DNA of 64,000 nt from Patescibacteria group bacterium (lineage in GTDB: Bacteria > Patescibacteriota > Microgenomatia > UM-FILTER-40-11): assembly GCA_035530075.1 (NCBI GenBank), contig DATKVM010000005.1, positions 231,006 to 295,005 of the forward strand, in the 5' to 3' direction. The notes below the pieces were generated by a model, which saw nothing but the letters and a program-made list of their open reading frames with translations, did not search any database and had not been told where the DNA came from. A program made the translations under genes and the position numbers. Position 1 is the stretch's first letter; each line of letters starts with the position of its first letter. Below, piece by piece: positions 1 through 9,277 of the stretch.

Positions 1-1070
1 AGGCGGGCGGTTTTGCCACTTCTGTCGGCGATGTCCCTCCGGCCGATGACCCGGCTTCGCGGCCGGATTATAATCCGGGTTTTTCCCCGGCCTTTGCCGC
101 TTTTTCCTTTGGGGCGCCCCACCGGAAAGGGATGAGCCAATATGGCGCTTACGGCCGGGCCAAATCGGGGCAGTCGGCCGAAGAAATTCTTAAGGCTTAT
201 TACGGTGGGGGAATCGAAATTAAAAAAGACTACTCAACGAGTATTAATATCCGGGTTCAAGGTTATGGCACGGTTGATATTGAAACTTATGTGAAACGAA
301 TTTATGAAATGCCTGGTTCCTGGGGAGATAGTGGTGGCTTTGAAGCCTTAAAAGCTCAGGCAGTGGCGGCCCGCTCTTACGCTCTGGCTTATACCAATAA
401 CGGCGCTGGCTCAATTTGCGCTACCGAAAGTTGTCAGGTTTACAAACCGGCCAATAAAGGCGGCAAATGGGACGAAGCCGTTAATGCTACGCGCGGTTGG
501 GTGCTTATTGCCGGCGGCAAGCCCTTTTCTGCTTGGTATGCCTCGACAGCTGGTGGTTACACCTTTTCTTACAGTCACAATGGCCATAGTACTCCCGGTT
601 TGTGGGATACGCCTAACGGCAGAAATGGCTGGACCAGTGAGGCTTATGAAAAGACAGCTGGCTCCCCCTGGTTTTACAAGGCCTGGTACCGAACCCGCTC
701 AGGCGACTCCTACGGCCGCTCTCATCCTTGGCTGAACGAGGAGGAATTTTGTGACATTCTCAACGCCATTTTAATTTACAAAAATGATTCGGGGGCGAAA
801 ACTCATCTTTCGCCGATTGATGCTAATATTCCGGAAACTTGGAGTATGAGTCAAGTGAGAGAAGAGGCAGCCAAACGCGGCGGACCGATTACCAGCGTGT
901 CCAGCCTAGAAGTCATTTATTCCAACGATGGCTATACGGCCAAAGTGATTTTCCAAACCAACAAGAGCAAACAAGAGTTTACGGGGGAAGAGTTTAAGGC
1001 TATTTTTAACCTGCGCACGCCCGGAGCGATCGGCATTAAATCCAGCCTTTTTAATTTGATGAGAAAATAA
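1..1070 (+). CDS. SpoIID/LytB-domain protein (5' partial; frame open from window start)
   Basis: EALKAQAVAARSYA and ICATESCQVY SpoIID motifs; frame 3 is open upstream of ATG132 (..GAPHRKGMSQYGA). Confidence 0.85.
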   Translation, partial: AGGFATSVGDVPPADDPASRPDYNPGFSPAFAAFSFGAPHRKGMSQYGAYGRAKSGQSAEEILKAYYGGGIEIKKDYSTSINIRVQGYGTVDIETYVKRIYEMPGSWGDSGGFEALKAQAVAARSYALAYTNNGAGSICATESCQVYKPANKGGKWDEAVNATRGWVLIAGGKPFSAWYASTAGGYTFSYSHNGHSTPGLWDTPNGRNGWTSEAYEKTAGSPWFYKAWYRTRSGDSYGRSHPWLNEEEFCDILNAILIYKNDSGAKTHLSPIDANIPETWSMSQVREEAAKRGGPITSVSSLEVIYSNDGYTAKVIFQTNKSKQEFTGEEFKAIFNLRTPGAIGIKSSLFNLMRK

Positions 1071-1115
1071 GCTATAATTAAGGGTGTAAGAGCAGGGGAA
1101 GGGAGTTATCTAAGA

Positions 1116-1775
1116 ATGTCTGAGCTTTATTCTGCTAAGTCTGCTACCAGAACCGAAAAAGCCGAACCGGCCGAAAAGCCAAATAAAAAGCGCGACTTTT
1201 TACCCGACCATCAGGGTAGTTCCCTTTCTTCCCTTTGGGTTCTTCCCAGTAAGGCTGTTCGTTTTGAGACCCAAGAGCCGGAAGAAGAGATATTGATGAT
1301 TTTAAGGGCTCACTGGGTGACCAATATCCTTTGGTTTCTGTTGGCAACAATTTTGTTTTTTGCCCCCTTTTTGCTTCGCTTTTTCCCTCTTTTAGATTCC
1401 TTCCCCGTCCGTTTTCAGTTAATGTTTGTGGTTGTTTGGTATATGGTTTTGGCGATGTACGTTTTTGAGCGCTTCTTGTCTTGGTTTTTTAACCTCACCC
1501 TCATTACTGACGAGCGGATTATTGATGTTGATTTTTTGAATTTAACGACGAAGAAAGTTTCCGACGCTGATATTGATAAAATTCAGGATGTTAGTTTTAC
1601 TAACGCCGGCGCGGTGGGGGCAATTTTTAATTACGGCGATGTTTTAGTCCAAACGGCGGCGGAAATTGTTGAATTTATTTTTGAAAAGGTTCCTAACCCG
1701 GCCGGAGTGGCTAATGTTCTTCAACGATTAAGAACTGAAGAAAAAATCGAGGCCATTGAAGGCCGAGTAAGGTAG
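1116..1775 (+). CDS. Membrane protein with bacterial PH (bPH_2-like) domain
   Basis: Two TM helices, then ITDERIIDVD..KIQDV..IFNYGDVLVQTA pattern. Confidence 0.75.
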   Translation: MSELYSAKSATRTEKAEPAEKPNKKRDFLPDHQGSSLSSLWVLPSKAVRFETQEPEEEILMILRAHWVTNILWFLLATILFFAPFLLRFFPLLDSFPVRFQLMFVVVWYMVLAMYVFERFLSWFFNLTLITDERIIDVDFLNLTTKKVSDADIDKIQDVSFTNAGAVGAIFNYGDVLVQTAAEIVEFIFEKVPNPAGVANVLQRLRTEEKIEAIEGRVR

Positions 1776-1800
1776 CCAGGCTAATAGAAAGAAGCAGATA

Positions 1801-2031
1801 ATGGAAGAGTTTATTCATCAGCTTTTGCATTTTAATTTTTGGAGTTTCGGCAAGTTCTTTATTCTCGTGGGTTTAGGAGTTTACTTGGTGTTCTCCTTTG
1901 TGGTTGTTCGCCAAGTGAAACTGATGACCCAGGTTGTTTCGGGGATTCTCACTAATTCTTTGCGAGTCGTGGCCTGGCTCTTATTTTTGTTTTCGATAAT
2001 TGTTTTTATTTTTACCCTGCTATTTTTCTAG
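1801..2031 (+). CDS. Small 2-TM membrane protein (DUF5657-like)
   Basis: YLVFSFVVVRQVKLMT motif, two hydrophobic helices. Confidence 0.6.
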   Translation: MEEFIHQLLHFNFWSFGKFFILVGLGVYLVFSFVVVRQVKLMTQVVSGILTNSLRVVAWLLFLFSIIVFIFTLLFF

Positions 2032-2037
2032 TCCTAA

Positions 2038-3924
2038 ATGAAGCCGACTTTTACCCTTCAAATTGCCAAGATAGTTGGCACTCCCAGCGATGGCTTTTGG
2101 TCCCAAGTTCATACCTTTTCTCCGGAAGAGGAGGGAAAAAAAGAAAAGCGGGGCGATTTGCTGACGGTTCTCGTGATTACGGGGGTGCCGGCCGGAGTGG
2201 AATCAGTCGCTGCGGGCCGGGAAATTTTAAGCCGGCTTCATCAGGAATACTACGAAAACCTTTCTGGAAGCGCTTTCGAAAGATTATCGACGGCGGTCAA
2301 AAGATTGGGAGAAGAAAACGAAAATTTGGAATTAATTGCCGCTGTCCTTTTGAACCAAGCCCTTTATTTGACGATTTATGGCGATGGCCGGATTTTCCTT
2401 AAACGAGGAGAAAAGGCGGGGATTCTTTTAAAAGGCGACGGTGGGTTAAAAACGGCCAGTGGTCTCTTGGAAGCAAACGACCTTTTGGTTCTTGGTTCTC
2501 AGCGGTTTTTTGAGGCAGTTGGTGACGGCGTCCTTAAAGCCAGTCTCGAAAGCGGTTCTGCCACGGAAGCGGTAGAAACTTTGGCCCCAATAGTTTTGGG
2601 GCGCAGCGATATGTCAGCCGCGGCGGCCATATTAGCTTGCGCTCGGAAGGAGGAGGAATTGTCAATTCAGCCGGTTATGCCTGAAGAAGAAAAGTCAGTG
2701 GCCTCGCCAGTTCCGGTTAAAGAAGGAAAAAGTGTCTTGGCTTTACCTCTAAAAGAGAAGTTTTTAGGCTCGTTGCGCCTTAAGTTTCTTCACCGCCGAC
2801 GCTCGTCAATATTTGTCCGCTCAGCGGCCGCGGAAAGGAAAAAACGCCTTTATTTTCTGATCTCGCTTGTTCTCTTGTTCCTTTTAGGCACGAGTTTAAT
2901 TTTGGGGGTGCACCGGAAAGCCGAAACCGACAAACGGGCGCAAGCGGGTCAACTGGTCAAACAAGCAGAAGAAAAACTGAATCAAGGAAAAACTCTTTTT
3001 GCTAGCCAACCTTCGGAGGGAAGAGTTCTGGGTGAAGAGGCGCAACGGTTGACAGAAGAAGCGTTGACTTTAAGCCCTGAGGGTAATGAAGAGGCGACCT
3101 TTCTTAAAGAAGAAGTGAAAAAGTTTTTGTCTTCCTTGGGTCGGGAAGTTGCTTTAGCTGAGCCGGCGGTTTTTATGGACCTAAACATTATTGATGATGA
3201 GGCCAGTGGGGTGGCTTTGGGCCTGGCGGAGGAAAACTTAGTTGTTCTAGATAAGACTAAAAAGAAAATTTATCTTTTGAGCGTGGAAAAAAGGTCTCAG
3301 ACGGTGATTGATTTGGCGGGCGAGCAGGGAAATTTGCTGGTGGCGGTCGATAAAAAGGCCTTTGTTCTGGCCGAAGATGGGATATATGCCGTTAATCTTC
3401 TCCAAAAATCCGCCAGCCTCAAGGTTGAGAAAGACGAGGCTTGGCAGGAAATCGTTGGCTTGGGTACCTTTGTCGGCAACCTTTATCTTTTGGACAAAGG
3501 CGCCGGTAATATTTGGCGCTATTTGGCGACCGATGAAGGTTTTGGGGTTCGGAAAAGTTGGTTTTTAGGCGCCCCGCCTGACCTTTCTCAAAGCGTTTCG
3601 TTGGCGGTTGATGGGGTCATTTGGGTGCTTAAAAAAGAGGGGATTAGCAAGTTTAACTTAGGTAAAGAAGAAAATTTTGTCTTAAACCGGATGCCGGAAA
3701 GCTTTTTGGACCCGGCTAAAATCTTTACTTCGGCTGAGGCGGAAAATCTTTACGTTTTGGATAAAGGGAGAGGGAAGATTTACGTCATTGCCAAAAACGG
3801 CGATTTTAAGGCCGCCTATGCTTGGGACGGCTTTAAAAACGCTCAAGATTTAGTGGCAGTTGAGAGTTTGAAGAAACTTTTTGTTCTCTCGGGAACGAAA
3901 ATTTACACCATAGACCTAAAATGA
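2038..3924 (+). CDS. Membrane-anchored protein: degenerate PP2C-like N-domain, TM, C-terminal beta-propeller
   Basis: 628-aa ORF; central TM; repeated LYLLDK/LYVLDK blades. Confidence 0.6.
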   Translation: MKPTFTLQIAKIVGTPSDGFWSQVHTFSPEEEGKKEKRGDLLTVLVITGVPAGVESVAAGREILSRLHQEYYENLSGSAFERLSTAVKRLGEENENLELIAAVLLNQALYLTIYGDGRIFLKRGEKAGILLKGDGGLKTASGLLEANDLLVLGSQRFFEAVGDGVLKASLESGSATEAVETLAPIVLGRSDMSAAAAILACARKEEELSIQPVMPEEEKSVASPVPVKEGKSVLALPLKEKFLGSLRLKFLHRRRSSIFVRSAAAERKKRLYFLISLVLLFLLGTSLILGVHRKAETDKRAQAGQLVKQAEEKLNQGKTLFASQPSEGRVLGEEAQRLTEEALTLSPEGNEEATFLKEEVKKFLSSLGREVALAEPAVFMDLNIIDDEASGVALGLAEENLVVLDKTKKKIYLLSVEKRSQTVIDLAGEQGNLLVAVDKKAFVLAEDGIYAVNLLQKSASLKVEKDEAWQEIVGLGTFVGNLYLLDKGAGNIWRYLATDEGFGVRKSWFLGAPPDLSQSVSLAVDGVIWVLKKEGISKFNLGKEENFVLNRMPESFLDPAKIFTSAEAENLYVLDKGRGKIYVIAKNGDFKAAYAWDGFKNAQDLVAVESLKKLFVLSGTKIYTIDLK

Positions 3925-3925
3925 T

Positions 3926-4301
3926 TGGTGGAGATGTCCGGAATTGAACCGGAGTCCGAAAAATACTTCTTAAAACTTCTACAAGCTTAGGCTGACTTTA
4001 AATCCTTCAACCTGTTCCGTCAGCCAGGAAGGTTGAAGGCCGCCAAACTTGGGCTTGAGTATTAGGAGTTTGGCAACCCTAACACCGGCGTCTTGTCTTT
4101 GTTCACACCTTTAAGCTTCCGACAAGCAAGAAACCTTAAAGATGCCTGTTACGCTAAAGAAGCGTAGTTAAACGCAAAATTAACGTCAGGGGAAGCGTAT
4201 GTATCATTAGCTTCTATTTTTTTTGACCCTGTTTTACTTCTCTTAGTCAAAGAAGGCTTGCTGTTTTAAAAGAGCCTTTTCCGTCGAGACCAGTCATCCC
4301 C
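3926..4301 (-). ncRNA. ssrA: tmRNA
   Basis: 5' GGGGATGACTGGTCTCGAC; 3' T-arm plus ..CATCTCCACCA; tag ORF 4211-4149 reads ANDTYASPDVNFAFNYASLA*; adjacent to smpB. Confidence 0.95.
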
Positions 4302-4381
4302 TTAAATGTCCCTACTTCTTTCCCCTGGGTTCGGTTGTTACCGCGCGTAATTTACGATTTTGGCGGCTGGTTGTCAAGCCC

Positions 4382-4819
4382 CTAATGCGAGGCTAGTTCC
4401 AACTCCGCTTCGCGGGCCAAATCTCGCCGGCGGAGAGCTTCCTTTTTCTCCCACTGTTTCCGAGGCTTTGCCAAGGCTATTTCCAGCTTGATTTGGATGC
4501 CCCGATTATACCAAGAAAGAGGCACCAAAATCAACTTTTTTTGCTTCATCTTGCTGGTCAAAGCCAGCAATTCCCGACGGTGTAAAAGGAGCTTTCGGGT
4601 CCGCTTGGGGTCAATTTTGCGGCTGTCAGCATAGGCGTAAGGGTGAATGTGAGCGTTGAGCAAAAACGCCTCCCCCCCGACGAACTTAATATAGGCTTCA
4701 TCCAAGGAAGCCTGGCCGACAAAAAGTGATTTCACTTCCGGACCAGTTAAGACCACGCCTGCTTCAAACCTATCGAAAACCTCATAGTTTAAACCGGCCT
4801 TTCGGTTAATAATCTTCAT
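4382..4819 (-). CDS. smpB: SsrA-binding protein
   Basis: NRKA..EAGVVLTGPEVKSL..RTRKLLLHRRE motifs. Confidence 0.97.
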   Translation of the reverse strand: MKIINRKAGLNYEVFDRFEAGVVLTGPEVKSLFVGQASLDEAYIKFVGGEAFLLNAHIHPYAYADSRKIDPKRTRKLLLHRRELLALTSKMKQKKLILVPLSWYNRGIQIKLEIALAKPRKQWEKKEALRRRDLAREAELELASH

Positions 4820-4855
4820 ACGCCTATTTTATCACTCCAGTGTTAAACTAAGGCA

Positions 4856-5548
4856 GTGACTTTCTTGGACGCTTTTTTCCCTCGACGCTGTCTTGGCTGC
4901 GGCCAGACCGGAGGCTATTTTTGCCCTTCTTGCTTACCCAAGATAAAGAGAGTGACCCAAATTTGCCCGGTTTGCGAGCGGCCTTCGCCTTTTGGCCAAA
5001 CCCATCCCCGCTGTTATTCCCGCCCTTCCTTAACGGGCTTAATTTCTTTCTTTGTTTATGAGGGGATAATTAGAAAAGCTATTCATCGGTTGAAATACCG
5101 GCAGGTGACCGATTTACTTGAGGAGCTTTGGCAGATAGTAACCCAAGAACTAGGAGGAAGGGCGGAGGAGCTTAGCGGCTTTCATCAATTTCTTAAAGAA
5201 AAACCCGCCGTTATTCCCGTTCCGCTTTTTTGGTACAAGGAAAATTTACGTGGTTTTAACCAGTCTAGCCTAATAGGGGAAAGACTGGCAGAAAGGTGTA
5301 ATTTAACCTTTTTGAGCAACTTTCTTATTCGCCAAAAGATGACTTCTACCCAGACCAAACTTAACCCGAAAGAACGACAAAAGAATGTTGGCAACGCTTT
5401 TATCATCAACCCCGACTACTCACTACCGATTGCTGACTGCATATTGATAGATGATGTCTGGACGACCGGGGCTACTCTAAAGACCGCTGGTAGTGTTTTG
5501 AAGAGGGCGGGGACAAAAAATGTTTGGGGGTTGACTTTGGCTCGGTAG
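4856..5548 (+). CDS. comF: ComF family (double zinc ribbon + PRTase)
   Basis: CxxC pairs, RGFNQS, ILIDDVWTTGAT. Confidence 0.9.
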   Translation: MTFLDAFFPRRCLGCGQTGGYFCPSCLPKIKRVTQICPVCERPSPFGQTHPRCYSRPSLTGLISFFVYEGIIRKAIHRLKYRQVTDLLEELWQIVTQELGGRAEELSGFHQFLKEKPAVIPVPLFWYKENLRGFNQSSLIGERLAERCNLTFLSNFLIRQKMTSTQTKLNPKERQKNVGNAFIINPDYSLPIADCILIDDVWTTGATLKTAGSVLKRAGTKNVWGLTLAR

Positions 5549-5584
5549 CAAACCCAGGCTAAATTCGCTATAATTAGAGCACAA

Positions 5585-5666
5585 GGAGAGTGGGCCGGGC
5601 GGCAAGGCACAAGTTTGCTAAACTTGCTTCCGAAAGGAAGGGTGGGTTCGACTCCCACACTCTCCG
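5585..5666 (+). tRNA. tRNA-Ser(GCT)
   Basis: GGAGAGT..ACTCTCCG acceptor, CAAGT-ttGCTaa-ACTTG anticodon arm, long variable arm, GGTTCGACTCC. Confidence 0.92.
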
Positions 5667-5669
5667 CAC

Positions 5670-5986
5670 GTGAATTTTAGCCAACTAAGATCTTTCTCCA
5701 AGCGGGAACACTCTCGCCTTTTGAATTTTTATAACTTCAAGAGGAGAGAACAATTAAAACATCTTGTTTGTCTAAAGATCGGAGAAGAGCTTGGGGAACT
5801 AATGGAAGAGGTATTGTCGCTGGAAAAGATTCAGAGAAAAGAGAAGCTTGAGGGTGGAAGAATAAGGTTGGCAACGAAATTGCGGATGTAATTTTAACGG
5901 CGATATTGCTGGCGGAAAATTTAGGAATTGATTTAGAGGAAGAATTAGAAAAAGGGGTTGCGAAAAGAAATAAAAGAAAATATTAA
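5670..5986 (+). pseudogene. MazG-like nucleotide pyrophosphohydrolase, frameshifted
   Basis: KIGEELGELMEEV in one frame; KVGNEIADVILTAILLAENLGIDLEE continues in another frame after ~5855 and stops at 5986. Confidence 0.7.
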
Positions 5987-6005
5987 GGAGGAGAGTCAAG
6001 TTTTT

Positions 6006-6087
6006 GGAGGGTGGGCAGGACGGTAATGCGCTGGTCTTGAAAACCAGTGTCCGTAAGGACTAACAGGTTCGACTCCTGTACCCTCCG
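6006..6087 (+). tRNA. tRNA-Ser(TGA)
   Basis: GGAGGGT..ACCCTCCG, CTGGT-ctTGAaa-ACCAG, variable arm, GGTTCGACTCC. Confidence 0.92.
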
Positions 6088-6088
6088 C

Positions 6089-6724
6089 ATGATCAAACTC
6101 TGCCCTCGATGCAGCCGTCAATTTAAGACAAGAGTAACAACGCAAAAATTTTGTTCTTCATTGGGCGCCAATCGCTTTAACAGAAATGGACTCAAGAAGG
6201 TTGACCTTCCCAACAAATCAGAAGAATTGGCCGAATTAGTGGGAATTATTTTAGGTGACGGAGACCTAAATAGATATCAACTGAGGATTACTCTCAATTC
6301 AATTGTGGACAAGGAATATCTCGTCGAAGTCGAGAATCTTTTAAAAAGGCTGTTCGGGGATATAAAGGTTTTCAAGATAAAAAGGCGGGGAGAAGGGTGC
6401 ACGGTAGTTGGGGTATCTTCAGTCGAGATTGTAAATTTCTTAAAAGGAATGAGCGTCGCTTCAAGAAAGCCAAAAGTTCCTGGTTGGATTTTTTTAAAAA
6501 GAGAATACGGGAATAATATTCTGTTGACTTTTGTGAGAGATGTTTTTAACAAATTGGGGTATAGTTCCACCCAGTCTTTAATAAAGAATTTATATTTGAG
6601 CAACGATCGGGAAATTGATAAATATAGAAAACTAGTTGGTTTTCGCAACCAAAAGCTAGAAAGAAAAAGTTTGATAAGAAATTATTCAGACTACTTAGTT
6701 CTTTACAATAAACGCCAGCAATAG
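6089..6724 (+). CDS. Degenerate LAGLIDADG homing-endonuclease-like protein with N-terminal Zn-finger remnant
   Basis: CPRC..FCS, LAELVGIILGDG motif; second LAGLIDADG motif appears deleted after VPGWIF; ATG lies right after the tRNA. Confidence 0.7.
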   Translation: MIKLCPRCSRQFKTRVTTQKFCSSLGANRFNRNGLKKVDLPNKSEELAELVGIILGDGDLNRYQLRITLNSIVDKEYLVEVENLLKRLFGDIKVFKIKRRGEGCTVVGVSSVEIVNFLKGMSVASRKPKVPGWIFLKREYGNNILLTFVRDVFNKLGYSSTQSLIKNLYLSNDREIDKYRKLVGFRNQKLERKSLIRNYSDYLVLYNKRQQ

Positions 6725-6736
6725 ATTATCAAGAAC

Positions 6737-6763
6737 GCAGGTTAGAATCTCGCCCTCTCCGCC
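6737..6763 (+). repeat. Degenerate tRNA-Ser 3'-end fragment
   Basis: GCAGGTTAGAATCTCGCCCTCTCCGCC resembles T-arm plus acceptor 3' strand. Confidence 0.55.
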
Positions 6764-6836
6764 CTTCGACTTCGCTCAGGGCTATAGCCCTTTTTTGTCC
6801 AGGGCTTCAGCCCTTTTTCGCTCAGGGCTATAGCCT
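6763..6836. repeat. Three CAGGGCT(A/T)(T/C)AGCC hairpin repeats (REP-like)
   Basis: cttcgctcagggctatagccc / cagggcttcagccc / ctcagggctatagcc. Confidence 0.65.
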
Positions 6837-6878
6837 TTGCTTGCTTTCTTCCTCGGACGCCCCTTATCTTAAAGAGTA

Positions 6879-7484
6879 ATGAATTTTAGTCCTCAGGATA
6901 GAAAAAGAATTGGCGATTATTATCGGCAGCGTCTTGACCGCTATGGAGTTGATAGTGCCGAAGCTTTAAGCTGGTCCAGTCAGCAGGCTCAGCAGATTCG
7001 TTTCCAAGTCCTAACTCAAGTAGGGGATTTGCGCGGCAAGAGCATTTTGGACGTTGGTAGCGGGCTAGGGGATCTTTACGCTCTTTTACAAAAAACGGTC
7101 GGTGAATTTGATTATTTGGGGGTCGATTTGGTGCCGGATTTAGTGACGGTGGCCAGAGCCAAATATCCTCAAGCTCAGTTTGAGAATAGAGATATCCTTG
7201 ATTTTAATGACCGAAAATTCGACTACGTGCTCTCTTCTGGAGCAATGTCCTTCAAGGTTCCCCAGCATTTTGATAAATATTTCGCCATGATTAGAAAAAT
7301 GTTTTCTTTGGCTCGTTTAGGATTGGCCTTCAATATGCTCGACCAGCGGGGGCATATCGATAATGAGCTTTATGCTGCTTATAATCCGTCAGAAATTGAG
7401 GCTTTTTGTCGGACTCTGACGCCAAAAGTGAAGCTAATTACTCATTATTCTCCTCAAGATTTCACTCTCCTTTTGCATCCCTAA
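6879..7484 (+). CDS. Class I SAM-dependent methyltransferase
   Basis: ILDVGSGLG motif I; FDYVLSSG. Confidence 0.88.
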   Translation: MNFSPQDRKRIGDYYRQRLDRYGVDSAEALSWSSQQAQQIRFQVLTQVGDLRGKSILDVGSGLGDLYALLQKTVGEFDYLGVDLVPDLVTVARAKYPQAQFENRDILDFNDRKFDYVLSSGAMSFKVPQHFDKYFAMIRKMFSLARLGLAFNMLDQRGHIDNELYAAYNPSEIEAFCRTLTPKVKLITHYSPQDFTLLLHP

Positions 7485-7532
7485 AAAATTTCTTAATTTG
7501 CTTTTCTTTAAGGGGTGTTTTATTCTAAAAGT

Positions 7533-8105
7533 ATGGTTGAGGAAGGCTTACCAGCGGCTTCTCCGATTGAGGTTATCCCCTCTAAGGAATTACGGATTTT
7601 ATACTCCTGGAACGCTCCTTCTCGTCCCTTTAAGAAACGGGATCGGGAATTTTGGGCAACGGTAGTGGCGATTGTTTTTTTAGTCGCCTTGATTTTGTTT
7701 TTTGTTAAAGAGTGGTTTTTAATTGCCGCGATTATTGCTCTGACTTTCGTTTATTATGTCCTCTCGACGGTTGAACCGGAAATGACCAGCTATAAATTGA
7801 CTAATCGTGGTTTGGTTTATGCCGGCGAAACTCATCCTTGGGAGAATATCAGTCAGTTTTGGCTAGCCGAGAAATACGGTCAGCGGGTGATTAACTTTGA
7901 ATTAAGAAGTGGCTTACTTGGTAGACTGACTTTATTGGTCGGGGAGGGAGAAGAAGCAGAAATCAGAGGGATTTTACTTAAATACTTGACCGAAGAGGAG
8001 GCTAAACCCAGTTTTTTAGATAGAGCGGCCGATTGGCTCCAAAAAAAGGTTCCCCTAGAGAGTGAAAAGAAAGAAGGTCTTCCTACTCCGCCTTCGGCTG
8101 CCTGA
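7533..8105 (+). CDS. 2-TM membrane protein (DUF5673/PH-like)
   Basis: WNAPSRPFKKRDREF, two TMs, YKLTNRGL. Confidence 0.6.
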   Translation: MVEEGLPAASPIEVIPSKELRILYSWNAPSRPFKKRDREFWATVVAIVFLVALILFFVKEWFLIAAIIALTFVYYVLSTVEPEMTSYKLTNRGLVYAGETHPWENISQFWLAEKYGQRVINFELRSGLLGRLTLLVGEGEEAEIRGILLKYLTEEEAKPSFLDRAADWLQKKVPLESEKKEGLPTPPSAA

Positions 8106-8139
8106 ACTTTGAGGCTACTTTTTGCTATAATTAGGCCAC

Positions 8140-8216
8140 GCGCTCATAGTTTAACGGATAAAATGCCAGGTTGCGGACCTGGAGACTTGGAGGTTCGATT
8201 CCTCCTGGGCGCACCA
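8140..8216 (+). tRNA. tRNA-Arg(GCG)
   Basis: GCGCTCA..TGGGCGC-ACCA, CCAGG-ttGCGga-CCTGG, GGTTCGATTCC. Confidence 0.9.
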
Positions 8217-8399
8217 TTAGAAGTTAAAAGTCCAAAGTGCAGAGTTAAAAGTTAGAAAGAACGGGTTTCAGGTTCGGCAGGAAGCAAGAAGTTGGTAGAA
8301 GGGAATATAAATTAATCTTCGAGGCGAACCCAGCGAAGATCTCGAAGATTACCTTGAAGGAAGATTTTTGCAAAGAAACCCTCGGTTTCTTTGCTAGAT

Positions 8400-8484
8400 G
8401 GAAAGGTGCAGGAGTGGTTGAACTGGCCGCTCTCGAAAAGCGGTAGGGCGCAAGCTCTCGTGGGTTCGAATCCCACCCTTTCCG
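8400..8484 (+). tRNA. tRNA-Ser(CGA)
   Basis: GGAAAGG..CCTTTCCG, CCGCT-ctCGAaa-AGCGG, variable arm. Confidence 0.92.
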
Positions 8485-8611
8485 CTCTGAGCTTGCGCCT
8501 GTAGTTTAACGGATAAGCATAGCTTGATGTTCGCAGGCTCACATTAAGCATAGCTTGATTCTCGCCAGCTAAGCTGGCTCAAATTAAAGCGTCAGGTTCT
8601 CGCCCGCTTAT

Positions 8612-8683
8612 GCCTTTGTAGCTTAACGGATAGAGCGCCGGCCTCCGGAGCCGGAAATGCCAGTTCAATTCTGGCCAGAGGCA
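8612..8683 (+). tRNA. tRNA-Arg(CCG)
   Basis: GCCTTTG..CAGAGGCA, CCGGC-ctCCGga-GCCGG. Confidence 0.9.
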
Positions 8684-8685
8684 CT

Positions 8686-9192
8686 GTGGTTAGACAGTAT
8701 TCTGCCGGCGGGGTGGTTTTCAAAAAAGAAGATGGCCAGACTCTTTGGCTTTTGATCCAGCCTGCCCGCATTGCTACGCAAAGCGTTGCAGGTGAGCCGG
8801 CCGGCAAAGACGAGTTCCATAAACGAATTCGCTGGCAACTGCCTAAGGGTTGGATTAATGAGGGTGAAAAAACCGAAGCGGCGGCGATACGGGAAGTGGC
8901 TGAGGAGGGGGGAGTTAAGGCAAAAATTATCTCCAAGATAGACTCGATAAAGATTTTCTTCAGCAATACCTTTGAAGGCAAGCCCGAGGAAAAAATTTTA
9001 AAAACCATTGCTTTTTATTTAATGGAATATTTGGGAGAAAAGGCTAATGGCCATGATGAGGAAGTAGCTGAAGTGGCTTGGCTGCCTTTTGAAGAAGCCA
9101 AAGGAAGGCTGACTTTTAAAAGTGAAAAAGAAGTTTTAACCAAAGCCAAAGAGATTTTAGAAAATCCACTACCGCAACAAGCACTTTTTTAA
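8686..9192 (+). CDS. NUDIX hydrolase (with 12-aa palindromic insert)
   Basis: PKGWINEGEKTEAAAIREVAEEGG Nudix box. Confidence 0.9.
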   Translation: MVRQYSAGGVVFKKEDGQTLWLLIQPARIATQSVAGEPAGKDEFHKRIRWQLPKGWINEGEKTEAAAIREVAEEGGVKAKIISKIDSIKIFFSNTFEGKPEEKILKTIAFYLMEYLGEKANGHDEEVAEVAWLPFEEAKGRLTFKSEKEVLTKAKEILENPLPQQALF

Positions 9193-9277
9193 GCTCGCAA
9201 TTTGCCTCAAAATCAAGTAAAATAGGCATATCCGGAGAGGTCGCATAAGCAAGCTTGACCGACCTCTCTTGATATTC

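Noticed and set aside
6047-6088. ORF-track start of the LAGLIDADG ORF
   Set aside because: It lies inside tRNA-Ser(TGA); ATG 6089 is preferred.
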